The translations under genes and the position numbers were made by a program. The notes beneath the pieces were generated by a model, which ran no database searches, was not told where the DNA came from, and saw only the letters and a list, made by a program, of their open reading frames with translations. From a virus (Duplodnaviria; Heunggongvirae; Uroviricota; Caudoviricetes), in IMG/VR virus record IMGVR_UViG_3300007734_000754, positions 64,001-114,268 of that record: DNA of 50,268 bases; one strand, 5' to 3'. Below, piece by piece: positions 7,977 through 17,267 of this stretch. Positions within the stretch are counted from its first letter, which is position 1, and each line of letters opens with the position of its first letter.

Positions 7977-9551
7977 ATGTCACAACAAGATATAAAACAA
8001 ATAGTTGCACAAGAGTACATAAAGTGCTCAAAAGACCCGGCTTACTTCATGAAGAAGTATTGCTATATTCAGCATCCAACAAGAGGTAGAATCTTATTTA
8101 ACCTCTACCCATTTCAGGAAGGAGTACTCCATTTATTTAGAGATGAGAAGTTTATAGTAACTCTTAAATCAAGACAGTTAGGAATCTCCACATTAGCCTC
8201 AGCATATGCTCTATGGTTAATGATTTTTCATAAAGATAAAAACGTACTAGCATTAGCAATTACTCAAGCAACAGCTAGAAACCTTGTAACCAAAACGATT
8301 TTCATGTATGAGAATCTACCAAAATGGTTACAATTACCTTTCACAGAGAAGAATAAACTATCACTTAGACTTAAAAACGGTTCCAAAATAACAGCTAAAT
8401 CATCTAATGCAGATGCTGCTCGTTCAGAAGCGGTATCATTACTATTAATAGATGAGGCTGCCTTCATTGATAATATTGAAGAAACATTTACTGCAGCACA
8501 ACAAACACTTGCAACCGGAGGACAATGTATGGCTCTTTCTACTCCAAATGGTGTAGGAAACTGGTTCCATAAAACATGGGAAAAAGCTGAAGCAGGAGAG
8601 AATGGATTTGTACCTGTTAAATTAAAATGGGATGTACATCCGGAAAGAAAACAAGACTGGAGAGATGAACAAACAAGGCAGTTAGGAGAGAAGCAAGCAG
8701 CTCAAGAGTGTGATTGTGACTTCTTATCATCAGGAGATACTGTAATAGAGGTTGAGAATATGTCCTTCTATGAAGAAACCTATGTAAAAGATCCGATAGA
8801 AAAAAGAGGTGTAGATGGAAATCTATGGATATGGGAAGCACCTGACTATCAAAAATCTTATATGGTTGTTGCCGACGTCGCTAGAGGTGACTCTACCGAC
8901 TACTCTGGCTTTCATGTCTTTGATATAGAATCAGCTACACAAGTTGCCGAATATAAAGGAAAGATATCTCCTAAAGAATACGGGAATGTATTGGTAGGAA
9001 TAGCAACAGAATACTGCGATGCACTTCTAGTAATAGAGAATGCCAATATTGGATGGTCAACCATAGAACAAGTAATATCCAGAGAATATAAAAACCTATA
9101 CTATTCATCAAGATCAGATACTGAAACAGTTGAATCATATATGGCCAAGTTCGAAAGAGATAAACTAGTACCTGGATTTACAATGTCTCTTAAGACAAGA
9201 CCACTTGTAATAGCTAAAATGACCGAATACATACGGGAAAGATCGGTTATAGTACAGTCTAAGAGGTTATTAGCTGAAATGAGGGTATTCATATGGAAGA
9301 ACGGAAAGGCACAGGCACAGACGGGATATAATGATGATTTAGTTATGGCCTTTGCTACAGCCCTATATGTTAGAGATACAGCCATTAGAATGAGACAACA
9401 AGGAATGGATCTTTCTAGAGCCACAATGTCTTCCTTTGTAAGCCTTAATCAAAGAACGCCTGGAATTTATAATGTTGCTCCTATGCAAAATAATCCGTAT
9501 CTTATGGAAACGCCTGGTGGTCAGGAGGACTTAACCTGGCTATTAGGATAA
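7977..9551 (+). CDS. terL: Terminase large subunit (T4 gp17-like)
   Basis: Walker A KSRQLGIST, Walker B LLLIDEAA, coupling STPNG, nuclease ADVARG..DYS and NDDLVMA. Confidence 0.95.
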   Translation: MSQQDIKQIVAQEYIKCSKDPAYFMKKYCYIQHPTRGRILFNLYPFQEGVLHLFRDEKFIVTLKSRQLGISTLASAYALWLMIFHKDKNVLALAITQATARNLVTKTIFMYENLPKWLQLPFTEKNKLSLRLKNGSKITAKSSNADAARSEAVSLLLIDEAAFIDNIEETFTAAQQTLATGGQCMALSTPNGVGNWFHKTWEKAEAGENGFVPVKLKWDVHPERKQDWRDEQTRQLGEKQAAQECDCDFLSSGDTVIEVENMSFYEETYVKDPIEKRGVDGNLWIWEAPDYQKSYMVVADVARGDSTDYSGFHVFDIESATQVAEYKGKISPKEYGNVLVGIATEYCDALLVIENANIGWSTIEQVISREYKNLYYSSRSDTETVESYMAKFERDKLVPGFTMSLKTRPLVIAKMTEYIRERSVIVQSKRLLAEMRVFIWKNGKAQAQTGYNDDLVMAFATALYVRDTAIRMRQQGMDLSRATMSSFVSLNQRTPGIYNVAPMQNNPYLMETPGGQEDLTWLLG

Positions 9552-9556
9552 AGTAC

Positions 9557-9568
9557 TATTTATAAATA
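9557..9568 (+). promoter_or_regulatory. Putative late promoter, palindrome TATTTATAAATA, upstream of portal
   Basis: Perfect 12-bp palindrome containing both TATTTATA and the T4 late consensus TATAAATA; the same 12-mer occurs at 19746 and 24359. Confidence 0.65.
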
Positions 9569-9582
9569 AAACATTTTAAAAA

Positions 9583-11451
9583 ATGGCAGAAAAAAATCTA
9601 TTCTCCAATTTACAAAGATTATTCTCAACAGACATCTTAGTTAGAAACGTAGGAGGAGATGAATTAAAGATTGCTGACGTAAATCAAATTCAAACAACTG
9701 GTAAATACCAGACCAATTCCTTATTAGACAGATTCTCTCGTCTATACATATACAACAATAAGAATATATTCAATCCAAATCTTAACTATCAAACGTTAAG
9801 AATACAATTATACTCTGATTATGAAGCAATGGATACAGATCCTTTAGTTGCTTCCACTTTAGATATTCTAGCAGATGAATCTTGCTTAAAAAACGATATG
9901 GGAGAGGTTCTTTCTATCAAATCATCTGATGAAAACATTCAAAGAGTTCTTTATAACCTTTATTACGATGTACTAAACATAGAGTTTAATCTTTGGTCAT
10001 GGGTTAGGAATATGTGTAAGTATGGGGATTTCTTCTTAAAATTAGAGATCTCAGAGAAATTTGGAGTCTATAACGTACTTCCTTATACGGTCTATAATAT
10101 GGTTCGATATGAAGGACAAGACCCAAAAGAACCAGCAAAAGTAGTCTTTACAATTGACCCGGACGGATTAGCTTCTTCAGCAGACCCAAATTACATCCCA
10201 AAAGCAAACAAAACAATTATTACCCTTCAGAATTACGAAGTAGCACACTTTAGGTTAATCTCAGATACAAACTACCTTCCTTATGGTAGATCTGCATTAG
10301 AACCAGCTAGAAAAATCTTTAAACAACTAACCTTAATGGAGGATGCGATGTTGATTCATAGAATCATGAGAGCTCCTGAGAAGAGAATGTTCTATATAAA
10401 TGTAGGAGCTATTCCACCAAACGAAGTGGAGCAGTTCATGCAAAAGACTATTAACAGTATCAAGAAAACTCCATATGTAGATCCTCAAACAGGAGAGTAT
10501 AATCTAAGATTCAATATGATGAATATGATGGAGGATTTTTATCTTCCAGTTCGTGGAGGTGATACTTCAACTCGTATTGATACAACTAAAGGATTAGACT
10601 ATGATGGTATTCAGGACGTTGAATACCTAAGAGATAAAATGTTTGCTGCTTTAAGAATACCAAAAGCATATTTTGGATATGAAAAAGACCTAACAGGTAA
10701 AGCAACTCTTGCAGCAGAAGATATTCGTTTTGCTAGATCAGTAGAAAGAATTCAAAGAATTATAGAAAGTGAATTGACTAAAATTGGATTGGTGCATTTA
10801 TATGCTCAAGGATTCACAGGAGAGTCTTTAACCAATTTTGAAATCAAATTAACAACTCCTTCTATTGTTTATGAGCAAGAAAAAGTAGCATTACTAAAAG
10901 AAAAAATTGACCTTGCTCGTCAAATGCAAGAAACAAAATTATTCTCTTCAGATTATATTTATGACCATATCTTCAACCTATCAGAAGACACTTATAATGA
11001 AATGAGAGATCTAGTAAGAGAAGATGCTAAACGTGACTTTAGACTTGCACAAATAGAGAATGAAGGAAACGATCCAGTTGTAACTGGGCAATCTTACGGA
11101 ACTCCTCACGATTTAGCTTCAATATACGGAGATAGAGTGATGGGAGATGTACCTGCTGGATATAGTGAAAAAGAAGGTAATCCGGAAGGAAGACCTAGAG
11201 AGAAAATGTCAATGCTAGGAACACAAAAAGATCCACTAGGAGGAAGAGATAGATTAGGGGTACATGGAATGAAAGGTGGATATCCAAGCGATAATGAAAA
11301 TGTAAAAGAAATTAGTAACACCACTCAAGTTGTTTACCTAAGAAATAAAGATTTATTTACTTCACCTGCAAAGAAGCTTATCTTTGAAAAAGTAGAGGAA
11401 GAAACCTCAGATTTGCTTAATGAAGATAATATAAGAGATTTAGATAATTAA
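9583..11451 (+). CDS. gp20: Portal protein (T4 gp20-like)
   Basis: MEDAMLIHRIMRAPEKRMFYINVG, EDFYLPVRGG..T.IDT, YLRDKMFAALRIP; follows terL. Confidence 0.95.
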   Translation: MAEKNLFSNLQRLFSTDILVRNVGGDELKIADVNQIQTTGKYQTNSLLDRFSRLYIYNNKNIFNPNLNYQTLRIQLYSDYEAMDTDPLVASTLDILADESCLKNDMGEVLSIKSSDENIQRVLYNLYYDVLNIEFNLWSWVRNMCKYGDFFLKLEISEKFGVYNVLPYTVYNMVRYEGQDPKEPAKVVFTIDPDGLASSADPNYIPKANKTIITLQNYEVAHFRLISDTNYLPYGRSALEPARKIFKQLTLMEDAMLIHRIMRAPEKRMFYINVGAIPPNEVEQFMQKTINSIKKTPYVDPQTGEYNLRFNMMNMMEDFYLPVRGGDTSTRIDTTKGLDYDGIQDVEYLRDKMFAALRIPKAYFGYEKDLTGKATLAAEDIRFARSVERIQRIIESELTKIGLVHLYAQGFTGESLTNFEIKLTTPSIVYEQEKVALLKEKIDLARQMQETKLFSSDYIYDHIFNLSEDTYNEMRDLVREDAKRDFRLAQIENEGNDPVVTGQSYGTPHDLASIYGDRVMGDVPAGYSEKEGNPEGRPREKMSMLGTQKDPLGGRDRLGVHGMKGGYPSDNENVKEISNTTQVVYLRNKDLFTSPAKKLIFEKVEEETSDLLNEDNIRDLDN

Positions 11452-11480
11452 TAGATATTTATAACAAAGATAATACAACT

Positions 11481-12335
11481 GTGAAAATTAAACATTCCAA
11501 ATACAAGAATACAGGCCTTATTTTTGAACTGCTAGTAAAACAAATAGCAGCAGATACTTTATCTAGAAAAGAATCACCAGCCGTAAAAATATTAAGAAAA
11601 TTTTATGCAGGAAATACTACTCTTGTAAAAGAGTTTAAGCTATACGATTTCGTAATAAAAAATAAGGGAGTAGGTAGTAAGAAAGCAGAAACAATACTAG
11701 GTACTATTGTAGAGATTTCAAAAAAATTAGATTTGAATTCTCTTAGAAAACAAAAGTACGAATTAATAAAAGAGTTAAAAGCACATTATGACTTAGAAGA
11801 GTTTTTCTCTATTAAAGTCGAAGCTTATAAACCTCTTGCAGCTTTATACTGCTTAATAGAAGCACAAAATACACCGGACTTAGTAGATCCTAGCGTGTTT
11901 GTAGATAATAAAACTACTATTCTTGAGCACTTAACTCAATCAAAACAATCTGAAGGAAAGGTAACTGATACTTTAATGGAAGAATATTCAAAATTTGATA
12001 AAGATTTACGATTATTATCATATAAAATATTGCTAGAAAAATTCAATAACCAATATAAAGATTTACTTCCAGAGCAAAAGAACATATTAAAAGAGTTTAT
12101 TGTATCTGCTAATTCATCTACAAGATTGAGAACAGTAGTAAATGAAGAAGTAACTAGACTAAGAGTTGTTATTTCTGAATTAAAAGAAAAAATAACAGAT
12201 AGTGTTGTAAAAATTAAACTAGAAGAGGTTTATAAAGCAATAATACCTTTAAAAAATACACAAAAGGTCGATGACAATCATTTAGTTTCTTTAATGCAAT
12301 ACTATGAACTAGTAAATGAATTAAAAAATCTATGA
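11481..12335 (+). CDS. Putative prohead core-associated protein (GTG start)
   Basis: 284 aa helical protein immediately after portal; TATTTATA at 11456. Confidence 0.5.
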   Translation: MKIKHSKYKNTGLIFELLVKQIAADTLSRKESPAVKILRKFYAGNTTLVKEFKLYDFVIKNKGVGSKKAETILGTIVEISKKLDLNSLRKQKYELIKELKAHYDLEEFFSIKVEAYKPLAALYCLIEAQNTPDLVDPSVFVDNKTTILEHLTQSKQSEGKVTDTLMEEYSKFDKDLRLLSYKILLEKFNNQYKDLLPEQKNILKEFIVSANSSTRLRTVVNEEVTRLRVVISELKEKITDSVVKIKLEEVYKAIIPLKNTQKVDDNHLVSLMQYYELVNELKNL

Positions 12336-12700
12336 AAAGATCGGTACTAGAAAGAATAATAAGAGAAGTATTATCGGAAGATGGGAGTACAACAGGTACC
12401 GGAGCATCATTCTCACCAGGACAAGGAGAGCAGTATGCAACCCCTTTTGCTTTTGCTAAACCAGGACAGAAAAAAGGTGCTGGTATAATGGCAAAGGATG
12501 GTTATAAGGAAGTTAAAAGACCAAAACATCCTTCACATTCAGACTTAGTTGATTATTTAGATGAAATGCATACTCAAACACCTCATGCTTTTGTATCGGA
12601 AGAGGAAATGATGAACAGTGAAGCAGTTAAACATACGGAAGAAATGGGTTATGAATTAGCAAACAAAACTAAAAAAGCATCAGATAAAAAGAAAAAATAG
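12332..12700 (+). CDS. Putative internal head protein, leader MKRSVLERIIREVLSE
   Basis: Leader like 4324; contains GEQYATPFAF motif; lies in the head module. Confidence 0.5.
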   Translation: MKRSVLERIIREVLSEDGSTTGTGASFSPGQGEQYATPFAFAKPGQKKGAGIMAKDGYKEVKRPKHPSHSDLVDYLDEMHTQTPHAFVSEEEMMNSEAVKHTEEMGYELANKTKKASDKKKK

Positions 12701-12701
12701 C

Positions 12702-14837
12702 ATGAGAACATTACAAGAAAAATATAACGCAATTCAAGAGGGAAAATTCTCTAAGGATCATTTCTTAGCTGAAGCTAGAATGCAACAACCACAGCTAGTA
12801 ACTCGTTTCAACGGATACGACGATGCAGTTCAGATCCTTAAAAATAAAGGAATGATTGTAGAGGCTATATCAACAGATGCAGCTTATGTTCATCAAATTA
12901 CAGGATGTGGTCAAGATGCTGCACAAAACTTTATTGACGATAATACCATAGACAGTAAAAAACTAGCTGATTATGTTAAGCAGCATAAAGATTCGAAAGA
13001 AAAATATGATGTGCGAGATATCATTGCTGGTACAGGAGTAGGAGAGAATAAAGGCTTTAAAGCTAGATTTATTAAACAGTTGAAAGAAACTGTAACAGAA
13101 GGTAAGGATGTGACTAAACTTGCAATAGAATACATACTAGGGAAAGATATTGCAAAATACCATGACGAAGCAAATAACTATGCATATCAACTTCCAGGAT
13201 CAACAACATGGAAAACTATAAGCAAAAAAGAAGTAGATAAAACAGTTGCTGACCATAAAGATAGTTTACTTAAAGAAGCAAAACTTACTAAAAAGAGTTT
13301 AACAGATTACAGATACAAGCCAACTAACGATATGGACAAATATCCATACGAACAAATACTAAGAGGATTAAGAGTTGAATTGGAAAGTATGAAAGTAACA
13401 GATACTCCAACTGCAGAAGAATATCAAAAAGCAATAGCAAAAGTTGCTAAGAATCTAGAAAAAGATTCAATCTTCTATACAAATCAATTAGCTGGATTTA
13501 ATCCAAATAAGAAACGTACAGATGTAATGACTCCTGTAGATCAGAAAAAGATATTTAAAACAAACGGTACTAAAGGAGAAAAAGCTACAGATAATAAAGA
13601 TGTTGATAACGGTATGAAAAAATTACCTGTTACAACTAATTTTACTATTGTAAAAGAAGGTATAAAAAAAGTAATTAAGTCTATACTAAAGGAAGATGAG
13701 GATTGGGACAAATCTGGTAGACATATCGAGTACGGAGTACCGGAACATGGTGATGAAGATGATTTATATGACTTATACGGAAATGATGAAGAAAACCTAG
13801 AAGAAGGTCCAGCTCAAAACAATCCAAAGATCCAAAAATTAGTAGATGGTATTAATGATTTAATTCGTCAAGCAAAGGATTCTGACGGAGATCCAATCGG
13901 AGTTGTCGAACCAGGTGGAACTTGGGAAGAACCGGAAATGTATTCTCCAATTGAATATACAAACGGAGCTTTAAAGATAACTAAAATGAGTCCTTACAAA
14001 GGTATTCCTTCGACAGATGTTATCAAAGCAGGAAATATGGAATTCGATGGACTTCCTACTCTAAGACTTATTATGAGAATGTATAAGAAAGCTGTTAAAA
14101 AAGCAGGTCAAGATGCATATCCAGATGAAAACTTAGATGAAGCATCTTATGAAGAAGAAGCAGTTGATCCATTAAGAGACTATAAACAAGCAACAGAACA
14201 AGTAACAGAGGGTAAAACTCGTGTAAATGATCTTTTTGCAGCATTAGATGCTAAAGGGTTTAGCCCAGAACAAATACAAGATACAGCTTTTTTAGCAAAA
14301 AAGATAGATAATATAATGTGGACTCTTAATGATGTAGCTGATAATCCAGAAGAATTAGCTAAAAGATATCAAGATAGAGTAAGTAATATGAATGAAGACT
14401 CAGATGGAGATTACGAACACGATAAAGACGTAGCTGGAGAAGCAGAAAGACTTTATGATGCAGGATATGCTTTTTTCTTAAAAGGAAGAGGTAAAGAAGC
14501 AGAAGCATTACGTCAAGCAGCCCTTAAAAAAGCATCTTGGTTAAGCTGGGGAGAAGATGATCTTCCTCCATATACAAAAGATGGAGAAGAAGTGGCAGAT
14601 GATATTTCACATCCAAGAGGATATGAAGAAGCTAGTGATGCAGAGACTGAAGAAGATCTTTACAAAGAAGGAAAATCAGAAAAAGAATTAAGAGCAGAAT
14701 GGGAAAAACACCAAGCAACATGTCATCCAGAAGATAAAATGTCTTATATGGAATGGAGAAGTGAAATGGGAATTAATGACGAAGAAGATCTTTACGAAAC
14801 TAGAAAAGCAAAATCGTTATCTGAATTATTAAACTAA
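12702..14837 (+). CDS. Modular acidic polyprotein-like head protein
   Basis: 711 aa; repeated [ILVM]-x-E junctions (IVE, LKE, VTE, LKE, LKE, LEE, LDE, VTE, MNE); directly upstream of the prohead protease. Confidence 0.55.
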   Translation: MRTLQEKYNAIQEGKFSKDHFLAEARMQQPQLVTRFNGYDDAVQILKNKGMIVEAISTDAAYVHQITGCGQDAAQNFIDDNTIDSKKLADYVKQHKDSKEKYDVRDIIAGTGVGENKGFKARFIKQLKETVTEGKDVTKLAIEYILGKDIAKYHDEANNYAYQLPGSTTWKTISKKEVDKTVADHKDSLLKEAKLTKKSLTDYRYKPTNDMDKYPYEQILRGLRVELESMKVTDTPTAEEYQKAIAKVAKNLEKDSIFYTNQLAGFNPNKKRTDVMTPVDQKKIFKTNGTKGEKATDNKDVDNGMKKLPVTTNFTIVKEGIKKVIKSILKEDEDWDKSGRHIEYGVPEHGDEDDLYDLYGNDEENLEEGPAQNNPKIQKLVDGINDLIRQAKDSDGDPIGVVEPGGTWEEPEMYSPIEYTNGALKITKMSPYKGIPSTDVIKAGNMEFDGLPTLRLIMRMYKKAVKKAGQDAYPDENLDEASYEEEAVDPLRDYKQATEQVTEGKTRVNDLFAALDAKGFSPEQIQDTAFLAKKIDNIMWTLNDVADNPEELAKRYQDRVSNMNEDSDGDYEHDKDVAGEAERLYDAGYAFFLKGRGKEAEALRQAALKKASWLSWGEDDLPPYTKDGEEVADDISHPRGYEEASDAETEEDLYKEGKSEKELRAEWEKHQATCHPEDKMSYMEWRSEMGINDEEDLYETRKAKSLSELLN

Positions 14838-14841
14838 GAAA

Positions 14842-15423
14842 ATGAACAATCCATTACTAATAAATGTAACTCCTTTCAAAGGACTTCTTACTGAACGAAA
14901 AGATACACCAGGTGTTTTTGAAGTAACAGGTATCATGCAAAGAGCAGGAGCTAAGAATCAAAACGGAAGAATTTACGAAAAAGATATTCTTCAAAGAGAG
15001 GTTCAAAATTATATAGAAAATTTTGTAAAGGTAGGAAATGCATACGGTGAATTAGATCATCCAGAATCAGCAATAGTATCTTTAAAAAATGCATCCCATG
15101 TCGTAAAAGAATTATGGTGGGAGGGAGAAGATTTAATGGGTAAGGTAGAACTACTAAACACACCTTCAGGAAATATTGTAAAAGAAATACTAAGAGGAGG
15201 ACATACAATTGGAATCTCTTCTAGAGGAACAGGATCAGTAACACAAACAAATGAAGGAACTTTAATGGTTCAACCAGACTTTGAATTAGTATGCTGGGAT
15301 TTCGTTTCTAATCCTTCTACACAAGGAGCTTTTATGAATCCAATTTCATTAAACGAAGGAAAACAAATAGAAGGAAAATACGATAGATTAGACTCTATTA
15401 TAAACAATATACTAAGAGCATAA
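14842..15423 (+). CDS. gp21: Prohead core scaffold protease (T4 gp21-like)
   Basis: NQNGRIY, GELDHP (His), GISSRG (Ser), WDFVSNPS (Asp). Confidence 0.93.
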   Translation: MNNPLLINVTPFKGLLTERKDTPGVFEVTGIMQRAGAKNQNGRIYEKDILQREVQNYIENFVKVGNAYGELDHPESAIVSLKNASHVVKELWWEGEDLMGKVELLNTPSGNIVKEILRGGHTIGISSRGTGSVTQTNEGTLMVQPDFELVCWDFVSNPSTQGAFMNPISLNEGKQIEGKYDRLDSIINNILRA

Positions 15424-15686
15424 TGGAAAGAGATTTTGATATACATAATTGGCAAGCAAAGTTCTTAAAAGAAAGTCAAAGAAGATTAGTAAAAGAAGAT
15501 TTACAAAGTGACCTACTATTAGCAAATGATGGACCTTTAAGTACATTTGGAGTAATACAAAGAGCTATAGAAATGGCAGAAAGTAATAGAGTATCAACAA
15601 TAGCACTATCAAATGCACTATACGAAGCATTAAAAGAAATAGGGGCACTCAAAGATATAGATATTCCTTCAAACGAATTCAGATAA
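15423..15686 (+). CDS. Small putative head protein, leader MERDFDIHNWQAKFLKE
   Basis: Leader shared with the next ORF; TAATG overlap with the protease gene. Confidence 0.55.
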   Translation: MERDFDIHNWQAKFLKESQRRLVKEDLQSDLLLANDGPLSTFGVIQRAIEMAESNRVSTIALSNALYEALKEIGALKDIDIPSNEFR

Positions 15687-15688
15687 AA

Positions 15689-16024
15689 ATGAAAGATTTC
15701 GACATACATGAGTGGCAAGCAAAGTATTTAAGAGAATCAGTAGAGTTTAAATCTATACAAGATCCTAATATGCAAGATGATGTACCGTCTATAACAATGC
15801 AGATAATAGATGATCATGAATCGGATTCACCTAAACTATTCCTTCAGATAGAGGGAATGCTAGGACACGATGGAAGTAATGGGAAGATTGCAATACTAAA
15901 AGATCACCCAGAACTACAACAAGAGGTATTACAGAAAATGCAAGTAGAGATTCAAAAAACTTTTAGAAGAGTAATACATTCTGTACTAGGACAACCATTT
16001 GGATTAGACGAAGAAAATAAATAG
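15689..16024 (+). CDS. Small putative head protein, leader MKDFDIHEWQAKYLRE
   Basis: Leader shared with the previous ORF; the bodies are unrelated. Confidence 0.55.
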   Translation: MKDFDIHEWQAKYLRESVEFKSIQDPNMQDDVPSITMQIIDDHESDSPKLFLQIEGMLGHDGSNGKIAILKDHPELQQEVLQKMQVEIQKTFRRVIHSVLGQPFGLDEENK

Positions 16025-16035
16025 AAAATAATACA

Positions 16036-16060
16036 CCCACCCCATAAAGGTGGGTTTTTT
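16036..16060 (+). terminator. Intrinsic terminator identical to the one at 7917
   Basis: CCCACC-CCATAAA-GGTGGG followed by T6. Confidence 0.8.
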
Positions 16061-16080
16061 ATGTTTTGAAAATATATGTA

Positions 16081-16188
16081 TATTTATTTAAGAATATATC
16101 ACGATCCTTATGTGATATCTACTAAAAAGTAAAACGATATTATGCCTCCATACTACAATAGGCATACGACAAACAAAAACAAATTAAA
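16081..16188 (+). promoter_or_regulatory. Late promoter plus a structured 5' leader (two hairpins) of the scaffold-capsid operon
   Basis: TATTTATTTAAGAATA 16081-16096; hairpins ATATCAC/GTGATAT (16096-16118) and TATGCCT/AGGCATA (16141-16166). Confidence 0.55.
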
Positions 16189-17235
16189 ATGTCAAACAAA
16201 GATTTATTAAAGCAAGCAATTGCCGAAGCTAAAACTATTCGTGAAGCTGCAATCGCCAACGCTAAAGAAGCTTTAGAAGAATCACTTACTCCTCATTTAA
16301 AGGAAATGCTTGCTCAAAAATTGCAAGAATTAGACGAAGTAGATGAAGAAGTAATGGATGAAACTCCTAAAAAGCCAGAACGTAAAAACGGTACAGACTC
16401 TTTAGACGGAACCACAGGCGGTGACGGAGGTAATAGAGTTATGGGCGAAGAAGACGAAGAAGCAGACGAGCCAGAAGAAGCAGAATTAGACGGTGAAGAA
16501 GAAAGTGAAGAAGGTGACGATAAAGAAATTGATCCAAACTCTCCAGACTTTACAAAAGAATTAAAAGAGTTAATTCTTCAAATTGTTCATGAAGAAGGTG
16601 AACACGAAGAAGAAGAAACACCAGGCGATGAAGCTGCTGAAGGAGAACATCAAGATGGAGAAGATAACGGAGATAGTATCGACATCGAAGAATTATTAGC
16701 AGAATTAGAAGGAATGAATGAGGATGACGGATACAAAAAACCAGGAGTAGATCCAGGAGTAAATGATCCTTATGAAAAATCAGTTAAAACAAAAACTAGA
16801 ACTGGAGGAAGATTTGAACGCGGTGAAGGACACAAACCAGGAAAACATAGCTTCTCACATTCAGCTGTAGACAAATCAGAGTTAGAAGAAGAACTTGCAG
16901 AAGCAATGAGCACTATTCAAACTCTAAGAGGACAACTTCAAGAGGTTAACTTATTGAATGCAAAATTACTTTATGTAAATAAAGTTTTTAAATCAAGTAA
17001 TCTTACAGAAGGTCAAAAAGTAAACGTTATCGCAGCTTTTGATAAAGCAGAAACAGTTAAAGAAGTAAAATTAGTTTTCGAAACAGTTTCTAAAAACGTA
17101 GTACCAAAACCAGCTACAGTAAAAGAGCATAGATCTTTCGCTTCAAAACCAGCAGGAAGTACTGCTAAACCAGAAATAATTTCTGAGGTTTCTGAAACAG
17201 TTAGAAGAATGCAAAAGTTAGCAGGAATTATTTAA
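16189..17235 (+). CDS. gp22: Prohead core scaffold protein (T4 gp22-like)
   Basis: Acidic coiled coil between protease and MCP; N-terminal DLLKQAIAEAK..REAAIANAK, C-terminal RRMQKLAGII. Confidence 0.85.
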   Translation: MSNKDLLKQAIAEAKTIREAAIANAKEALEESLTPHLKEMLAQKLQELDEVDEEVMDETPKKPERKNGTDSLDGTTGGDGGNRVMGEEDEEADEPEEAELDGEEESEEGDDKEIDPNSPDFTKELKELILQIVHEEGEHEEEETPGDEAAEGEHQDGEDNGDSIDIEELLAELEGMNEDDGYKKPGVDPGVNDPYEKSVKTKTRTGGRFERGEGHKPGKHSFSHSAVDKSELEEELAEAMSTIQTLRGQLQEVNLLNAKLLYVNKVFKSSNLTEGQKVNVIAAFDKAETVKEVKLVFETVSKNVVPKPATVKEHRSFASKPAGSTAKPEIISEVSETVRRMQKLAGII

Positions 17236-17267
17236 AAAAACAAACTAAAACCCAATTCAATTAAAAA

